NCBI RefSeq assembly: GCF_964229375.1
Contig: NZ_CAXREH010000155.1
Span: 384 to 64,383 of the forward strand
Length of the DNA stretch: 64,000 bases
Direction of reading: 5' to 3'
Source: Cognatishimia sp.
Lineage (GTDB): Bacteria > Pseudomonadota > Alphaproteobacteria > Rhodobacterales > Rhodobacteraceae
The stretch's first letter is position 1. The number at the start of each line of letters is the position of its first letter. Shown here piece after piece: positions 48,059-58,301 of this stretch. A program made the translations under genes and the position numbers. A model generated the notes under the pieces. It had not been told where the DNA came from. It saw nothing but the letters and a program-made list of their open reading frames with translations, and ran no database searches.

Positions 48059-49015
48059 ATGACGATTGATCTTCCTTCTCAAAACGCGCCGTTGAAAATC
48101 GGCACACGTGGGTCCCCGCTGGCTTTGGCGCAGGCGCATGAAACACGCGACCGCCTGATGGCAGCACATAACCTGCCCGCCGAGGCCTTTGAGATCGTGG
48201 TCATCCATACAACCGGCGACAACCGTCAAATGATCGATGCCGACCGCCCGTTGAAAGAAATCGGGAACAAAGGCCTTTTCACCAAATAAATCGAAGACGC
48301 CATGCTGCGCGGCGACATTGATATCGCAGTGCATTCCACCAAAGACATGCCCACCGTTCAGCCGGACGGCTTGGTGCTGAACGTCTTTCTGCCCCGCGAG
48401 GACGTGCGGGATGCGTTTATCTCTCTGAAGTATAAGTCGATTTCCGACCTGCCTGCAGGGGCCGTCGTTGGCACCTCGTCGTTGCGACGCCGGGCGCAGC
48501 TCTCGCAGATTCGGCCTGATCTAAAACTGGTCGAGTTTCGCGGCAATGTGCAAACCCGCCTGAAAAAACTGGAAGACGGGGTCGCGGATTGCTCGTTTCT
48601 GGCAATGGCAGGACTAACGCGCTTGGGCATGACAGACCGCGCCACCGCAGCCATCGAAGCAGACGAGATGCTCCCCGCCGTCGCCCAAGGCGCCATCGGG
48701 ATCGAGCACCGCGAAAACGACACCCGCGCGGCAACTTTGCTGGCGGCCATCCACCATGCCGAGACAGCCGCCCGTGTCACATGCGAGCGCGCGTTTCTGG
48801 CAAAACTCGACGGCTCTTGCGAGACGCCAATAGCAGCATTGTCCGTGATCGAAGGCGACCAGATCCACCTGCGCGGCGAGATCCTACGGCCCGACGGCTC
48901 TGAACGCCTGACCGCCGAGGGCAAAGCCCCTCGGGCAGAAGCCGTGGCCTTGGGCACCGATCTGGGCGCCGACATCCTTGCCAAAGCGCCTAAGGATTTC
49001 TTTAGCTGGCGCTAG
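48059..49015 (+). pseudogene. hemC: Hydroxymethylbilane synthase with in-frame TAA at 48287-48289 (nonsense allele or base-call error)
   Basis: [12 protein letters not shown]…KGLFTK*IEDA…AVHSTKD…GTSSLRR…RGNVQTR…LDGSCETP; both halves share one frame. Confidence 0.85.
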
Positions 49016-49026
49016 GGGCTAGGGGC

Positions 49027-49920
49027 CTAGACCCACTTAGCCATCGGAGGCAGGCTCATCAGGACGGCATTGGCGTCGTGGCCTGTTTCCAGCCCGAATT
49101 TCGTGCCGCGGTCATAGACGAGATTATACTCGGCATAGAGCCCGCGATGCACGAGCTGTGCGTCTTTCTCGGCCTCACCAAACGCATCCACACGGCGTTT
49201 CTCCACCAACGGCTGATAGGCTGGCAAAAACGCCCGCCCGATGTCCTGAATAAAGGCGAAATCCGCGTCCCAGTCGCCGCTGCAATGGTCGTCCAAAAAG
49301 ATGCCACCGACGCCGCGCGCACGTCCGCGATGGGGCACATAGAAATACTCATCCGCCCAAGCCTTAAGGCGCGGATATTGTTCGGTGTCGTGCAGATCGC
49401 AGTGATGTTTTTGAACCGCGTGAAAATGCGCGGTGTCTTCCTCGTATTCCAAACAGGGGTTCAAATCCGATCCCCCGCCGAACCACCACGCATGAGGGGT
49501 CCAAAACATACGCGTGTTCATGTGAACCGCCGGACAATGCGGGTTCTGCATATGCGCAACCAGAGAAATGCCGCTGGCCCAGAACCGCGGATCTTCCTTC
49601 ATGCCCGGAATGCCTTTACGGGCCGCCATCGCGTTTTGAGCGCGCGTTCCCAAGGTGCCGTACACGGTCGAAACATTAACGCCGACCTTCTCAAACACGC
49701 GACCGCCGCGCATGACCGACATCAGCCCACCCCCGGCGTCCGAGCCGTCTTCGGCTGACCGTTTGGTTTCGGTAACATCAAAGCGCCCGGCCGGTTGATC
49801 TGCGAAGGGGCCGTCGGAATGGCTGTCCTCCAGCCCTTCAAAGGCCGCCACGATCGTGTCGCGCAGCTCGCGGAACCATGCGCTCGCGCGCGCTTTTTGT
49901 GGACTGAGATCCTCGGTCAT
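49027..49920 (-). CDS. hemF: Oxygen-dependent coproporphyrinogen III oxidase
   Basis: FEKVGVN, SLVAH..NPH.P.VHMNTR, WWFGGGSDL, RGVGGIF, EYNLVYDRGTKFGL. Confidence 0.97.
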   Translation of the reverse strand: MTEDLSPQKARASAWFRELRDTIVAAFEGLEDSHSDGPFADQPAGRFDVTETKRSAEDGSDAGGGLMSVMRGGRVFEKVGVNVSTVYGTLGTRAQNAMAARKGIPGMKEDPRFWASGISLVAHMQNPHCPAVHMNTRMFWTPHAWWFGGGSDLNPCLEYEEDTAHFHAVQKHHCDLHDTEQYPRLKAWADEYFYVPHRGRARGVGGIFLDDHCSGDWDADFAFIQDIGRAFLPAYQPLVEKRRVDAFGEAEKDAQLVHRGLYAEYNLVYDRGTKFGLETGHDANAVLMSLPPMAKWV

Positions 49921-49935
49921 AAGAGGCTCCTGAAA

Positions 49936-50736
49936 TTAGTGAACCGGCGTCTGCACCGGGTCGATCAGCGTGCGACCGCCATCCACGGTGATGACCTGCC
50001 CCGTAACAAACCCTGCCGCATCCGACGCCAGATAACGTACGGTATCGGTGACCTCGGCGGCGGGGGCAATGCGACCAAGTAACGTGTTCTCTTCGATCGA
50101 CTTCCGGTATTCGGGGTTTTCGCGCAGCGTGTTCTGCATGCTTGCGCTCATGACAGAGCCGATCGCAACCGCGTTCACCCTGATCTGATGCTCGGCAAGC
50201 GCCGTGGCCAGACCGCGCGTCATCTGATCCAACGCCGCCGTCGCCATGGAATAGCCCATCAGCTGAGGATGCGTGCGACAGGCGGCAATCGAGGACAGGT
50301 TCACAATCGCACCGGCCGATCCGTCGCCGTCGTCTTCTGCTTGTTTGATCATCCGCTTTGCGACGGCCTGTGACAGACGCAGCGAGGTCATCAGGTTCTG
50401 GCCCAACATGGTTTCGACCGAGTCGTCATCCATATCCAGTGGATCCGTCATCAAAATCTGGCGGCTGGCATTCACCAGAATATCCACGCGTTCAAACGCA
50501 TCGACGGTGGCCGACAACAGGTTGGCAATGGTCAGACGCTCGCGCAGGTCTCCGGCAAAATGGATCACGTTGGAACTGTCTGGAAAGTCACCGACCTCTT
50601 TGGCCAGCTGCGCATCATCCATGTCTGCCAGAACAACATTGGCACCACGGTCCGCAAACGCACGTGCAACGGCAAGGCCGATCCCATTGGCTGCACCCGT
50701 AATAATGGCGGTCTTGCCTGCGATAGAAAATGACAT
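49936..50736 (-). CDS. SDR family oxidoreductase
   Basis: ITGAANGIG, VDILVNA, IVNLSS, IRVNAV, TGQVITVDGG; the YxxxK position reads YSMAT. Confidence 0.9.
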   Translation of the reverse strand: MSFSIAGKTAIITGAANGIGLAVARAFADRGANVVLADMDDAQLAKEVGDFPDSSNVIHFAGDLRERLTIANLLSATVDAFERVDILVNASRQILMTDPLDMDDDSVETMLGQNLMTSLRLSQAVAKRMIKQAEDDGDGSAGAIVNLSSIAACRTHPQLMGYSMATAALDQMTRGLATALAEHQIRVNAVAIGSVMSASMQNTLRENPEYRKSIEENTLLGRIAPAAEVTDTVRYLASDAAGFVTGQVITVDGGRTLIDPVQTPVH

Positions 50737-50773
50737 GGCCTGCCCCTCTGATTCTGAGAAAACTTACGCGGAA

Positions 50774-51757
50774 TTAGCGCCGTGCGCGAGCGGGCCGTTC
50801 GGCGCGCAGGATTTTGAACCGATTGTCGCCGGTCACTTCTTCGACTTTGGCGAAATGCGTCTCAAGCGTTGCTTCATAGGGCAAGTGCCGGTTGGCACCC
50901 ATCCAAAGCGGTCCGGACGGGGATAACATACGCGCCGCCGCCGCAATAAAGGCGCGCCCAAGATCAGGATCTGCCGCGCGCCCTGTGTGAAACGGAGGAT
51001 TCATCACGACCGCGTTCATCCGGGCACGAGGCTCCCATGCGGTGGCGTCCGCCCAATGAAACGAGGCTCTTGGATCCGTGACATTGACCCGCGCACAGTC
51101 CAGCGCCGTGTGATCGGCCTCGACCAGATAAAGATCCTCGACGTCAGAGCGCTTCAATATCTCGCGTGACAGATATCCCCATCCCGCACCCAGATCGGCC
51201 ACGTGCTTGCCCAGTTTATCAGGCAAGGCCGCACTCAAGGCACGCGAGGCCGGATCGATTCCGTCGGCGGAAAACACACCGGGGCGGGTTTCAAAACCCC
51301 CATCGATTTCAGATGTTTCAGACTGGGTCCACTCGGAAAAATCGCCGCCCTGAAACCAGAACAGCTTGCCATGCGCCTTGGAAAAGCTGCCGCCAACATC
51401 GGCGCGTTTCTTGCAGGCTTTCAATAGGCTATCGACACCGTCGGTCTTTTGCCCATCGACATAGACCGCACCACCCAGCGCAGCCGCCTGCGCGATCCGC
51501 AAATGCGCCAGCGCTTTGGCGCGTGGCACCACGACGACAGCCGCCGCAAAATCCCCCTCGGGCGCAAGCGCTACCTCATAGCCGGCATGGGCAAAAACAT
51601 CATAGGCGGGTTTTGTCGTTTGGATAACCACGACGCGCTCGCGGGGCAAAGCAGCGATGTCTGCCAGCTCGCGTGGGCCAAAAACCGCGATCCGACCGGT
51701 TTCGGGCAGATCCATTTGTCCCGCGTCCAGCGCGAGCGAAAGACGTTCACCTGCCAT
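50774..51757 (-). CDS. RsmC-like class I SAM methyltransferase
   Basis: PGVFSADGID, ADLGAGWGYL, MNPPFH, ANRHLPYE. Confidence 0.88.
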   Translation of the reverse strand: MAGERLSLALDAGQMDLPETGRIAVFGPRELADIAALPRERVVVIQTTKPAYDVFAHAGYEVALAPEGDFAAAVVVVPRAKALAHLRIAQAAALGGAVYVDGQKTDGVDSLLKACKKRADVGGSFSKAHGKLFWFQGGDFSEWTQSETSEIDGGFETRPGVFSADGIDPASRALSAALPDKLGKHVADLGAGWGYLSREILKRSDVEDLYLVEADHTALDCARVNVTDPRASFHWADATAWEPRARMNAVVMNPPFHTGRAADPDLGRAFIAAAARMLSPSGPLWMGANRHLPYEATLETHFAKVEEVTGDNRFKILRAERPARARR

Positions 51758-51787
51758 CACATCCTGACCCAAGCGCGCGGCGCTGGA

Positions 51788-52126
51788 TCACTCCTTTTCC
51801 ATGGTGCATTGCAACGGGTGCTGATGACGCCGCGCGAAATCCATCACCTGTGTGACTTTGGTTTCTGCGATCTCGTGGCTGAACACCCCAACGACCGCAA
51901 CGCCCTTTTTGTGCACGGTCAGCATAATCTCGAACGCTTGCGCGTGTGTCATGCCAAAGAAGCGCTCGAGGATCTGAACGACGAACTCCATCGGCGTGTA
52001 ATCGTCATTGAGCAAAAGCACTTTGTACAGCGGTGGGCGTTTCGTCTTGGCACGGGTTTTGACCGCGACGTCTGAATCAGAGTCGTCGTCACCGTTCACA
52101 GACATGCGCAGCGGTTCCAAAATCAT
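51788..52126 (-). CDS. clpS: ATP-dependent Clp protease adaptor
   Basis: [38 protein letters not shown]; start uncertain (52132, 52126 or 52105). Confidence 0.96.
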   Translation of the reverse strand: MILEPLRMSVNGDDDSDSDVAVKTRAKTKRPPLYKVLLLNDDYTPMEFVVQILERFFGMTHAQAFEIMLTVHKKGVAVVGVFSHEIAETKVTQVMDFARRHQHPLQCTMEKE

Positions 52127-52214
52127 GGTCAATCAATCCGTCCCAGATGATGAAAGCTGTATATAGCTTAACTTTCCGTATAGAAAAGAGGCTGGGCAGC
52201 GATTGCGGGGCATT

Positions 52215-52952
52215 ATGGCCGGAAAACTCACGACGATTGGTTTTGATGCGGACGATACCCTCTGGCACAACGAGCGCTTCTTCCGTATGACGCAAGATCG
52301 ATTCGCCGAGTTGCTGGTCGATTTCTGTGAACAGGACCACCTAGAAGAGCGCCTGCTAGAAGCGGAAAAGCGCAACCTTGGTCACTATGGGTTTGGCGTC
52401 AAAGGCTTTGTTCTGTCGATGATCGAAACCGCGATCGACGTTACAGACGCGCGTGTGCCCGCCTCGGTAATTTCAGAGTTGATGCAGGCCGGGCGAGACA
52501 TGCTGAACCACCCGATCGACCTTTTGCCCCACGCCGCCGAAGCGGTCGCCCACTGCGCAGAACATCACCGCGTGCTTTTGATCACCAAAGGCGATCTTCT
52601 GGATCAGGAACGCAAGCTCGCGCAATCTGGACTGGGCGAGATGTTTGACGGTGTGGAAATTGTGTCTGACAAACGCCAATCCACCTATGAAAGCATCTTT
52701 GAGCGCCACGGCGACGGTCCACATCAGGGTATGATGGTCGGAAACTCGATGAAATCCGATGTCGTCCCTATGGTTCAGGCCGGTGGCTGGGGCGTTTATG
52801 TCCCACACGGGCTGACCTGGGCGCTCGAGCAAGCCGACCCGCCACAACAGGCGTCCAAATATCATCATATCGACACGCTGCACGCCTTGCCTGATCTGGT
52901 CGACCAGCTTTCAGAGCGCAGCAGCGCCGCTTTGGGGCGAGCGCCGATATAG
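52215..52952 (+). CDS. HAD family hydrolase
   Basis: FDADDTLW, ITKGD, MVGNSMKSD. Confidence 0.92.
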   Translation: MAGKLTTIGFDADDTLWHNERFFRMTQDRFAELLVDFCEQDHLEERLLEAEKRNLGHYGFGVKGFVLSMIETAIDVTDARVPASVISELMQAGRDMLNHPIDLLPHAAEAVAHCAEHHRVLLITKGDLLDQERKLAQSGLGEMFDGVEIVSDKRQSTYESIFERHGDGPHQGMMVGNSMKSDVVPMVQAGGWGVYVPHGLTWALEQADPPQQASKYHHIDTLHALPDLVDQLSERSSAALGRAPI

Positions 52953-53111
52953 TGTTTCATTTGCAAAGATCCACAACATATGGATTTTTCGCCCTTGATT
53001 TTCCAGAAAACTAAATAAATCAAAGGGTTTATTCGATTCTCGCTCTGTGGTAGATTGGCTGCAATAATATTCGCCGTAGAAACGGCAGTCGAGGCAGTAA
53101 AGGCAGAAGCA

Positions 53112-54476
53112 GTGAAGGATCGGAGCAGCCGTCCGACCCATCGCGGGTTGGCGATTCTTGCGTCACTCTTGTTGTTTTTGGGGTTGGTTAACCCTGTTTT
53201 CGCAGCGCCCTATGCTGCGATGGTGATTGATGCGCGCTCTGGTGAAGTGCTGCACTCTCGCAATGCCGACACACGCCTGCACCCTGCATCTCTGACCAAA
53301 ATGATGACGCTTTATATTGCCTTTGAGGCGGTGAAAAACGGCGAAATCACCATGGATACCAAGGTACGTGTGTCCAAACATGCCGCCGCAGAGCCTCCGT
53401 CGAAGTTGGGCCTGAAATCCGGTCAACGGATCGCCCTGCGCTATCTGGTGCGCGCGGCCGCGGTAAAATCGGCAAATGACGCGGCCACAGCCATTGGCGA
53501 AGCGATTTCCGGATCCGAAGCGGCCTTTGCCCGCCGCATGAACCGCACCGCGAAAGCGCTGGGGATGTCCAACACCACCTTCCGCAACGCGCATGGTTTG
53601 ACCGAGTCTGGGCACCTGTCGACCGCGCGGGACATGACGACGATGGGCCGTCATCTGCTGTATGACTATCCGCAGTATTACAATCTGTTCTCTCGCACTT
53701 CGACCTATGCGGGCGTGCGCGAAGTCGCCAATACCAACCGCCGTATGCTGGGGTCTTACCGCGGTGCGGATGGTATCAAGACCGGCTACACCCGTGCAGC
53801 GGGCTTCAACCTTGTCGCCTCGGCTGAACGGGGCAGCGAACGCATCATCGCAACCGTCTTTGGCGGCCGCTCGACCGCAACACGGAACGCGCGTGTCGCG
53901 GAATTGTTGGATCTAGGCTTTAAACGCGCGCCAAGTCGCGTCGCTCTGCGCAAACCAACGCTGCCGGTTTATAACGGTGCGCCAAATCAAAACGTTGGTA
54001 GCAAGACCGTCCGTGTGGCAACGGCCATCAAGAAAAGCCTGCGCCCCATGCTGCGACCAGGGTCTGCCCAGACGCCTGAACCCACCACTCTGATCGCAGG
54101 CGTTGACCCCAACGCCATCAATGACGCGCTGGAAGAAGCCAAAAGCGCTTCGCTGGTGAACAAAGAACCCACGCGCCCTGCCCCTCTGATTGTCGAAGAT
54201 CAAGAGCCGCAGGTGGTGACGCGCCTGACCACGTCGGGTGGACGGCATTGGGGGATCAACGTTGGCCGCTATACCAGCCGCTATGCGGCTGAAAAGATGC
54301 TGCTGAAAACCGCACTGGCTGAGATGACCACGCTGGATGGGTCGCTGCGCAAAGTGGTGAAATCCAGCCGTGGGTTTGACGCGAACTTCATGGGTCTGTC
54401 CCGTGAAACCGCTGACCTTGCCTGCCGCCGCCTGCAGGCACGGCAAATCTCGTGCTTTATGATCGGGCCGAGCTAA
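53112..54476 (+). CDS. D-alanyl-D-alanine carboxypeptidase (S11) with C-terminal SPOR-like domain
   Basis: PASLTK (SxxK), KSAND (SxN), GIKTGY (KTG); signal peptide; GTG start inferred. Confidence 0.92.
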   Translation: MKDRSSRPTHRGLAILASLLLFLGLVNPVFAAPYAAMVIDARSGEVLHSRNADTRLHPASLTKMMTLYIAFEAVKNGEITMDTKVRVSKHAAAEPPSKLGLKSGQRIALRYLVRAAAVKSANDAATAIGEAISGSEAAFARRMNRTAKALGMSNTTFRNAHGLTESGHLSTARDMTTMGRHLLYDYPQYYNLFSRTSTYAGVREVANTNRRMLGSYRGADGIKTGYTRAAGFNLVASAERGSERIIATVFGGRSTATRNARVAELLDLGFKRAPSRVALRKPTLPVYNGAPNQNVGSKTVRVATAIKKSLRPMLRPGSAQTPEPTTLIAGVDPNAINDALEEAKSASLVNKEPTRPAPLIVEDQEPQVVTRLTTSGGRHWGINVGRYTSRYAAEKMLLKTALAEMTTLDGSLRKVVKSSRGFDANFMGLSRETADLACRRLQARQISCFMIGPS

Positions 54477-54496
54477 GCGCAGCAGCCGCGCTCTTT

Positions 54497-54517
54497 GGAT
54501 ATTTTTAGCAAGAGAAA
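54497..54517 (+). repeat. Dispersed 21-bp intergenic repeat, copy 2
   Basis: GGATATTTTTAGCAAGAGAAA, 20/21 identical to 27796-27816. Confidence 0.75.
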
Positions 54518-54529
54518 GAGGCGGTTCTG

Positions 54530-56110
54530 CTATGCAGGTACCGCTGCGAGAAGCTCTTTTGTGTAGGCGGTTTTGGGCGCATCAAAAATCTCGGATGCCG
54601 CGCCGGCCTCGACCACGTCGCCTTGCTTCATCACCATGATCTTGTGGCTCATGGCGCGTACAACATGCAGGTCGTGGCTGATGAACAGATATGCCAGCCC
54701 GTATTTCTTTTGCAGATCCCGCAACAGATTCACGATCTGCACCTGAACCGTCATATCCAGCGCCGAGGTCGGCTCGTCCAGCACCAGCAGTTTGGGGCGC
54801 AGGATCATCGCACGGGCAATGGCGATCCTTTGGCGCTGGCCGCCTGAGAACTCATGCGGGTAGCGGTCCATGGTGGCGGGGTCCAGCCCGACTTCTTGCA
54901 TCACATCGGCCACAAGAACGCGGGTGTCGCGCCCGTCTGGATTGCCGTGCACGCCAAGCCCCTCGGAGATGATCTGCTCGCAGGTCATGCGCGGACTGAG
55001 ACTGCCGAAGGGATCCTGAAACACGATCTGCATGTCTTTGCGCAGCGCGCGCAAATCACGGGTTTTCAGCGCCCGGATGTCTTGCCCCTGAAAGCGGATC
55101 GGTCCTTCAGAGCCGATCAAACGCATAATCGCCTGCGCCAGCGTGGTCTTGCCGGATCCGCTTTCCCCGACGATGCCCAATGTTTCGCCTGCGCGCACAG
55201 AAATCGTCGCGGCATTGACGGCTTTGACATGTCCAACCGTGCGACGCAGCAATCCGCGCTGAATGGGGAACCAGATGCGCAGATTGTCGGTTTCGGCAAC
55301 CACATCGGCGGCGTCGTCAATCGGATCAGGTGCGCCGACGGCGCGGGCGCTGAGCAGGGTTTTCGTATAGGCGTGTTGCGGATTGGCGAAGATTTCAGAG
55401 ACCGGACCTGCCTCGACAATCTCGCCGTCTTTCATCACGCAGACCTTGTCGGCGATTTTGCGCACGATGCCCAGATCATGGGTGATGAACAAAAGCCCCA
55501 TGCCTTCAGAGGCTTTCAATTCGGCAAGTAGTTCGAGGATCTGCGCTTGGATGGTCACATCCAGCGCGGTTGTCGGCTCGTCGGCGATCAGAACGTCGGG
55601 CTGATTGGCCAGAGCCATGGCGATCATGACACGCTGCCGCTGCCCGCCGCTGAGTTGATGCGGATAGCTGCTAAGGCGCTCTTCGGGGTCGCGGATGCCG
55701 ACCTTGGTCAGCAGATCCAGAATACGGGTACGCGCCGCATCTCCGACGACGCCCTGATGCAGTGCCAGTGACTCGCCCAGCTGCTTTTCCAGTGTGTGCA
55801 GCGGGTTCAGCGAGGTCATCGGCTCTTGGAAAATGAAGCTGATGTCGTTGCCGCGCACTTTTTGCAGCAGCTTTTCATCCGCGCCGACCATTTCCTGACC
55901 ATCATAGGTAACCGAGCCTGACACAGAGGCGCTTTCCCCCAGCATGGCCACGGTCGACAGCGCGGTCACGGATTTACCGGAACCGGATTCACCCACCAGC
56001 GCCACGGTTTCGCCGCGATCCAGTGAAAAGGACACGCCTTTTACGGCGTCAATGGTCTGCCCATCCTGACGAAATCCAACGCGCAGGTTTTTAACCTCGA
56101 GGATGCTCAT
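54530..56110 (-). CDS. yejF: Peptide ABC transporter ATPase, two fused ABC domains (YejF-like)
   Basis: GESGSGKS and GESGSGKT; [12 protein letters not shown] and [12 protein letters not shown]. Confidence 0.9.
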   Translation of the reverse strand: MSILEVKNLRVGFRQDGQTIDAVKGVSFSLDRGETVALVGESGSGKSVTALSTVAMLGESASVSGSVTYDGQEMVGADEKLLQKVRGNDISFIFQEPMTSLNPLHTLEKQLGESLALHQGVVGDAARTRILDLLTKVGIRDPEERLSSYPHQLSGGQRQRVMIAMALANQPDVLIADEPTTALDVTIQAQILELLAELKASEGMGLLFITHDLGIVRKIADKVCVMKDGEIVEAGPVSEIFANPQHAYTKTLLSARAVGAPDPIDDAADVVAETDNLRIWFPIQRGLLRRTVGHVKAVNAATISVRAGETLGIVGESGSGKTTLAQAIMRLIGSEGPIRFQGQDIRALKTRDLRALRKDMQIVFQDPFGSLSPRMTCEQIISEGLGVHGNPDGRDTRVLVADVMQEVGLDPATMDRYPHEFSGGQRQRIAIARAMILRPKLLVLDEPTSALDMTVQVQIVNLLRDLQKKYGLAYLFISHDLHVVRAMSHKIMVMKQGDVVEAGAASEIFDAPKTAYTKELLAAVPA

Positions 56111-57216
56111 GAGAAGGTCTTTCTTGGATCAAACGCGTCGCGCACGCCCTCAAAGATAAAGATCAGCAGCGACAGCATGATGGCGAAGGTGAAGAAGGCG
56201 GTAAAGCCAAGCCACGGCGCCTGAAGGTTCTGCTTGGCTTGCAGGGTCAGCTCGCCCAAGGACGGTGCCGAGGACGGTAAGCCAAAGCCGAGGAAATCGA
56301 GGCCCGCCAGTGTCGAGATCGTCCCTGTGACGATAAAGGGCAGCATTGTCAGCGTCGCCACCATCGCGTTGGGCAGCATATGCCGGAACATGATCGTCCA
56401 GTTGCTGACGCCAAGCGCTTTGGCGGCACGCACGTATTCCAGATTTCGGGCCCGCAGGAATTCTGCGCGCACAACGCCCACCAAGGCGGTCCAGCCAAAG
56501 AGCACTGTTAAGAAGACCAGCAGCCAGAAACTTCGTCCCAAGATCGCAAAGAGGATGATGATGATGTAAAGGCTTGGCGTTGACCCCCAGATTTCGATGA
56601 CCCGCTGGAAGATCAGATCCACCCAGCCGCCGAAATAACCCTGAATCGCCCCAGCGATGACGCCAATGATACTGGCCAGCGTGGTCACAATCAGCGTGAA
56701 GAAAATCGACAGCCTGAACCCATAGATCACCCGCGCCATGACATCGCGTTTGGTGTCATCTGTGCCAAGCCAGTTTTGCGCGTTGGGCGGCAGAGGAGCA
56801 GCCCCGGGGCGTTCGACCGAAGAGGTGAAGGAATAGGGGATCAGCGGCCAGATCATCCAGCCTTTCTCGATCGCCTCGCCTGCAATTTCGCCATCCTGTG
56901 CGTCGGCGATATAACCTTCGGGGTCGTCAAAACACAGATCCAGCCCGCCGGTTTCAATCAGGCATTTCACTTCGGGGTCGCGATAGCCGGCTTCGGTCTG
57001 GAAATCGCCACCAAAGGCGGTTTCCGGATAGAACTTGAAGATCGGCGTATAAAGGTCGCCGCGATATTGCACGAGGATCGGCTTCTCGTTGGCGATGAAT
57101 TCCGCCATCAAACTAAGGCCGAAGAGCACGCAAAAGATGATCAGGGACCAATAGGCGCGGCGATTGCGGCGGAAGTTGCGCCACCGACGTTGGTTGAGAG
57201 GGGACATTTTGAACAT
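56107..57216 (-). CDS. yejE: Peptide ABC transporter permease (YejE-like)
   Basis: MSPLNQRRWRNFRRNRR, YPETAFGG, WLGTDD..RDV, EYVRAAKALG. Confidence 0.9.
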   Translation of the reverse strand: MFKMSPLNQRRWRNFRRNRRAYWSLIIFCVLFGLSLMAEFIANEKPILVQYRGDLYTPIFKFYPETAFGGDFQTEAGYRDPEVKCLIETGGLDLCFDDPEGYIADAQDGEIAGEAIEKGWMIWPLIPYSFTSSVERPGAAPLPPNAQNWLGTDDTKRDVMARVIYGFRLSIFFTLIVTTLASIIGVIAGAIQGYFGGWVDLIFQRVIEIWGSTPSLYIIIILFAILGRSFWLLVFLTVLFGWTALVGVVRAEFLRARNLEYVRAAKALGVSNWTIMFRHMLPNAMVATLTMLPFIVTGTISTLAGLDFLGFGLPSSAPSLGELTLQAKQNLQAPWLGFTAFFTFAIMLSLLIFIFEGVRDAFDPRKTFS

Positions 57217-58295
57217 CAGCCTTCCCTCCGTTCAAAGTCGATCCGCGGGTCGATGAAGACATACATCAGGTCGCTGATGATCCCGACAACCAGACCGATC
57301 AGGCCAAAGACGAACAGCGTGCCAAAGATCACCGGATAGTCGCGTTGCAGCGCCGCTTCAAATCCCAGGCGACCCAATCCGTCCAGCGAGAAGATGGTTT
57401 CGATAATCAGGGATCCGCCAAAGAACACGCCGATGAACACGGCGGGGAAACCCGCGATCACGATCAGCATCGCGTTGCGGAACACATGGCCATAAAGCAC
57501 GCGGCGTTCTGACAGACCTTTTGCGCGAGCAGTCATCACATAGTGCTTTTTGATCTCATCCAGAAACGAGTTCTTGGTCAGAAGCGTCAGTGTCGCAAAG
57601 GCGGAAATCGTACTGGCCAGAACAGGCAGGGTGATATGCCAGAAATAGTCCAGGATTTTGCCATAGAGGCTCAGGTCTTCCCAACCGGAACTCACCAGTC
57701 CCCGCAGCGGGAAGATACGGAAGTACGAGCCGCCCGCAAACAGAACCACAAGCAGGATCGCAAACAGGAACCCCGGGATCGCATAGCCGATGATGATCGC
57801 GCCAGACGTCCACGTGTCAAACGGCGTGCCGTCTTTGACAGCTTTGCGAATGCCCAGCGGGATCGAGATGATATAGGCAATGACCGTTGACCACAGGCCC
57901 AGCGTGATCGACACAGGCATCTTTTCCAACACCAGTTCGAACACGCCGATCTTTCGGAAATAGCTCTCTCCGAAATCAAACTGCATATAGTTCCAGATCA
58001 TCGTGAAGAACCGTTCAACCGGCGGCTTGTCAAAGCCGAACTCGCGTTCCAGTTCCTCGATAAACTCCTCGGGCAAACCCCGTGCCCCGACATAGCGGTC
58101 ATTCCCAGTGTTTTCAGACACTTCCGAACCGCCGCCGGAAATAGCCTCAAAAACATCCCCTCCCCCTTGGGCCTGAGCAATGATCTGCTCGATTGGCCCG
58201 CCGGGAACAAACTGCGTGAGAGTAAAGTTGATGACCATGATCCCGAAGAGTGTCGGGATCACGAACAGCAAACGTCTGAGAATATACGCACCCAT
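57216..58295 (-). CDS. yejB: Peptide ABC transporter permease (YejB-like)
   Basis: [41 protein letters not shown]. Confidence 0.92.
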   Translation of the reverse strand: MGAYILRRLLFVIPTLFGIMVINFTLTQFVPGGPIEQIIAQAQGGGDVFEAISGGGSEVSENTGNDRYVGARGLPEEFIEELEREFGFDKPPVERFFTMIWNYMQFDFGESYFRKIGVFELVLEKMPVSITLGLWSTVIAYIISIPLGIRKAVKDGTPFDTWTSGAIIIGYAIPGFLFAILLVVLFAGGSYFRIFPLRGLVSSGWEDLSLYGKILDYFWHITLPVLASTISAFATLTLLTKNSFLDEIKKHYVMTARAKGLSERRVLYGHVFRNAMLIVIAGFPAVFIGVFFGGSLIIETIFSLDGLGRLGFEAALQRDYPVIFGTLFVFGLIGLVVGIISDLMYVFIDPRIDFERREG

Positions 58296-58301
58296 CAGGA
58301 A

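Noticed and set aside
48287-48289. Genome-wide recoding of TAA as Glu
   Set aside because: TAA ends many genes at the expected positions (greA, ETF-QO, ctaH, moaD, pheA), and no other internal TAA was seen.
52992-53027. FNR box upstream of the carboxypeptidase (TTGAT…ATCAA)
   Set aside because: The half-sites are about 19 nt apart instead of 4; it is only an imperfect inverted repeat, possibly a terminator or operator.
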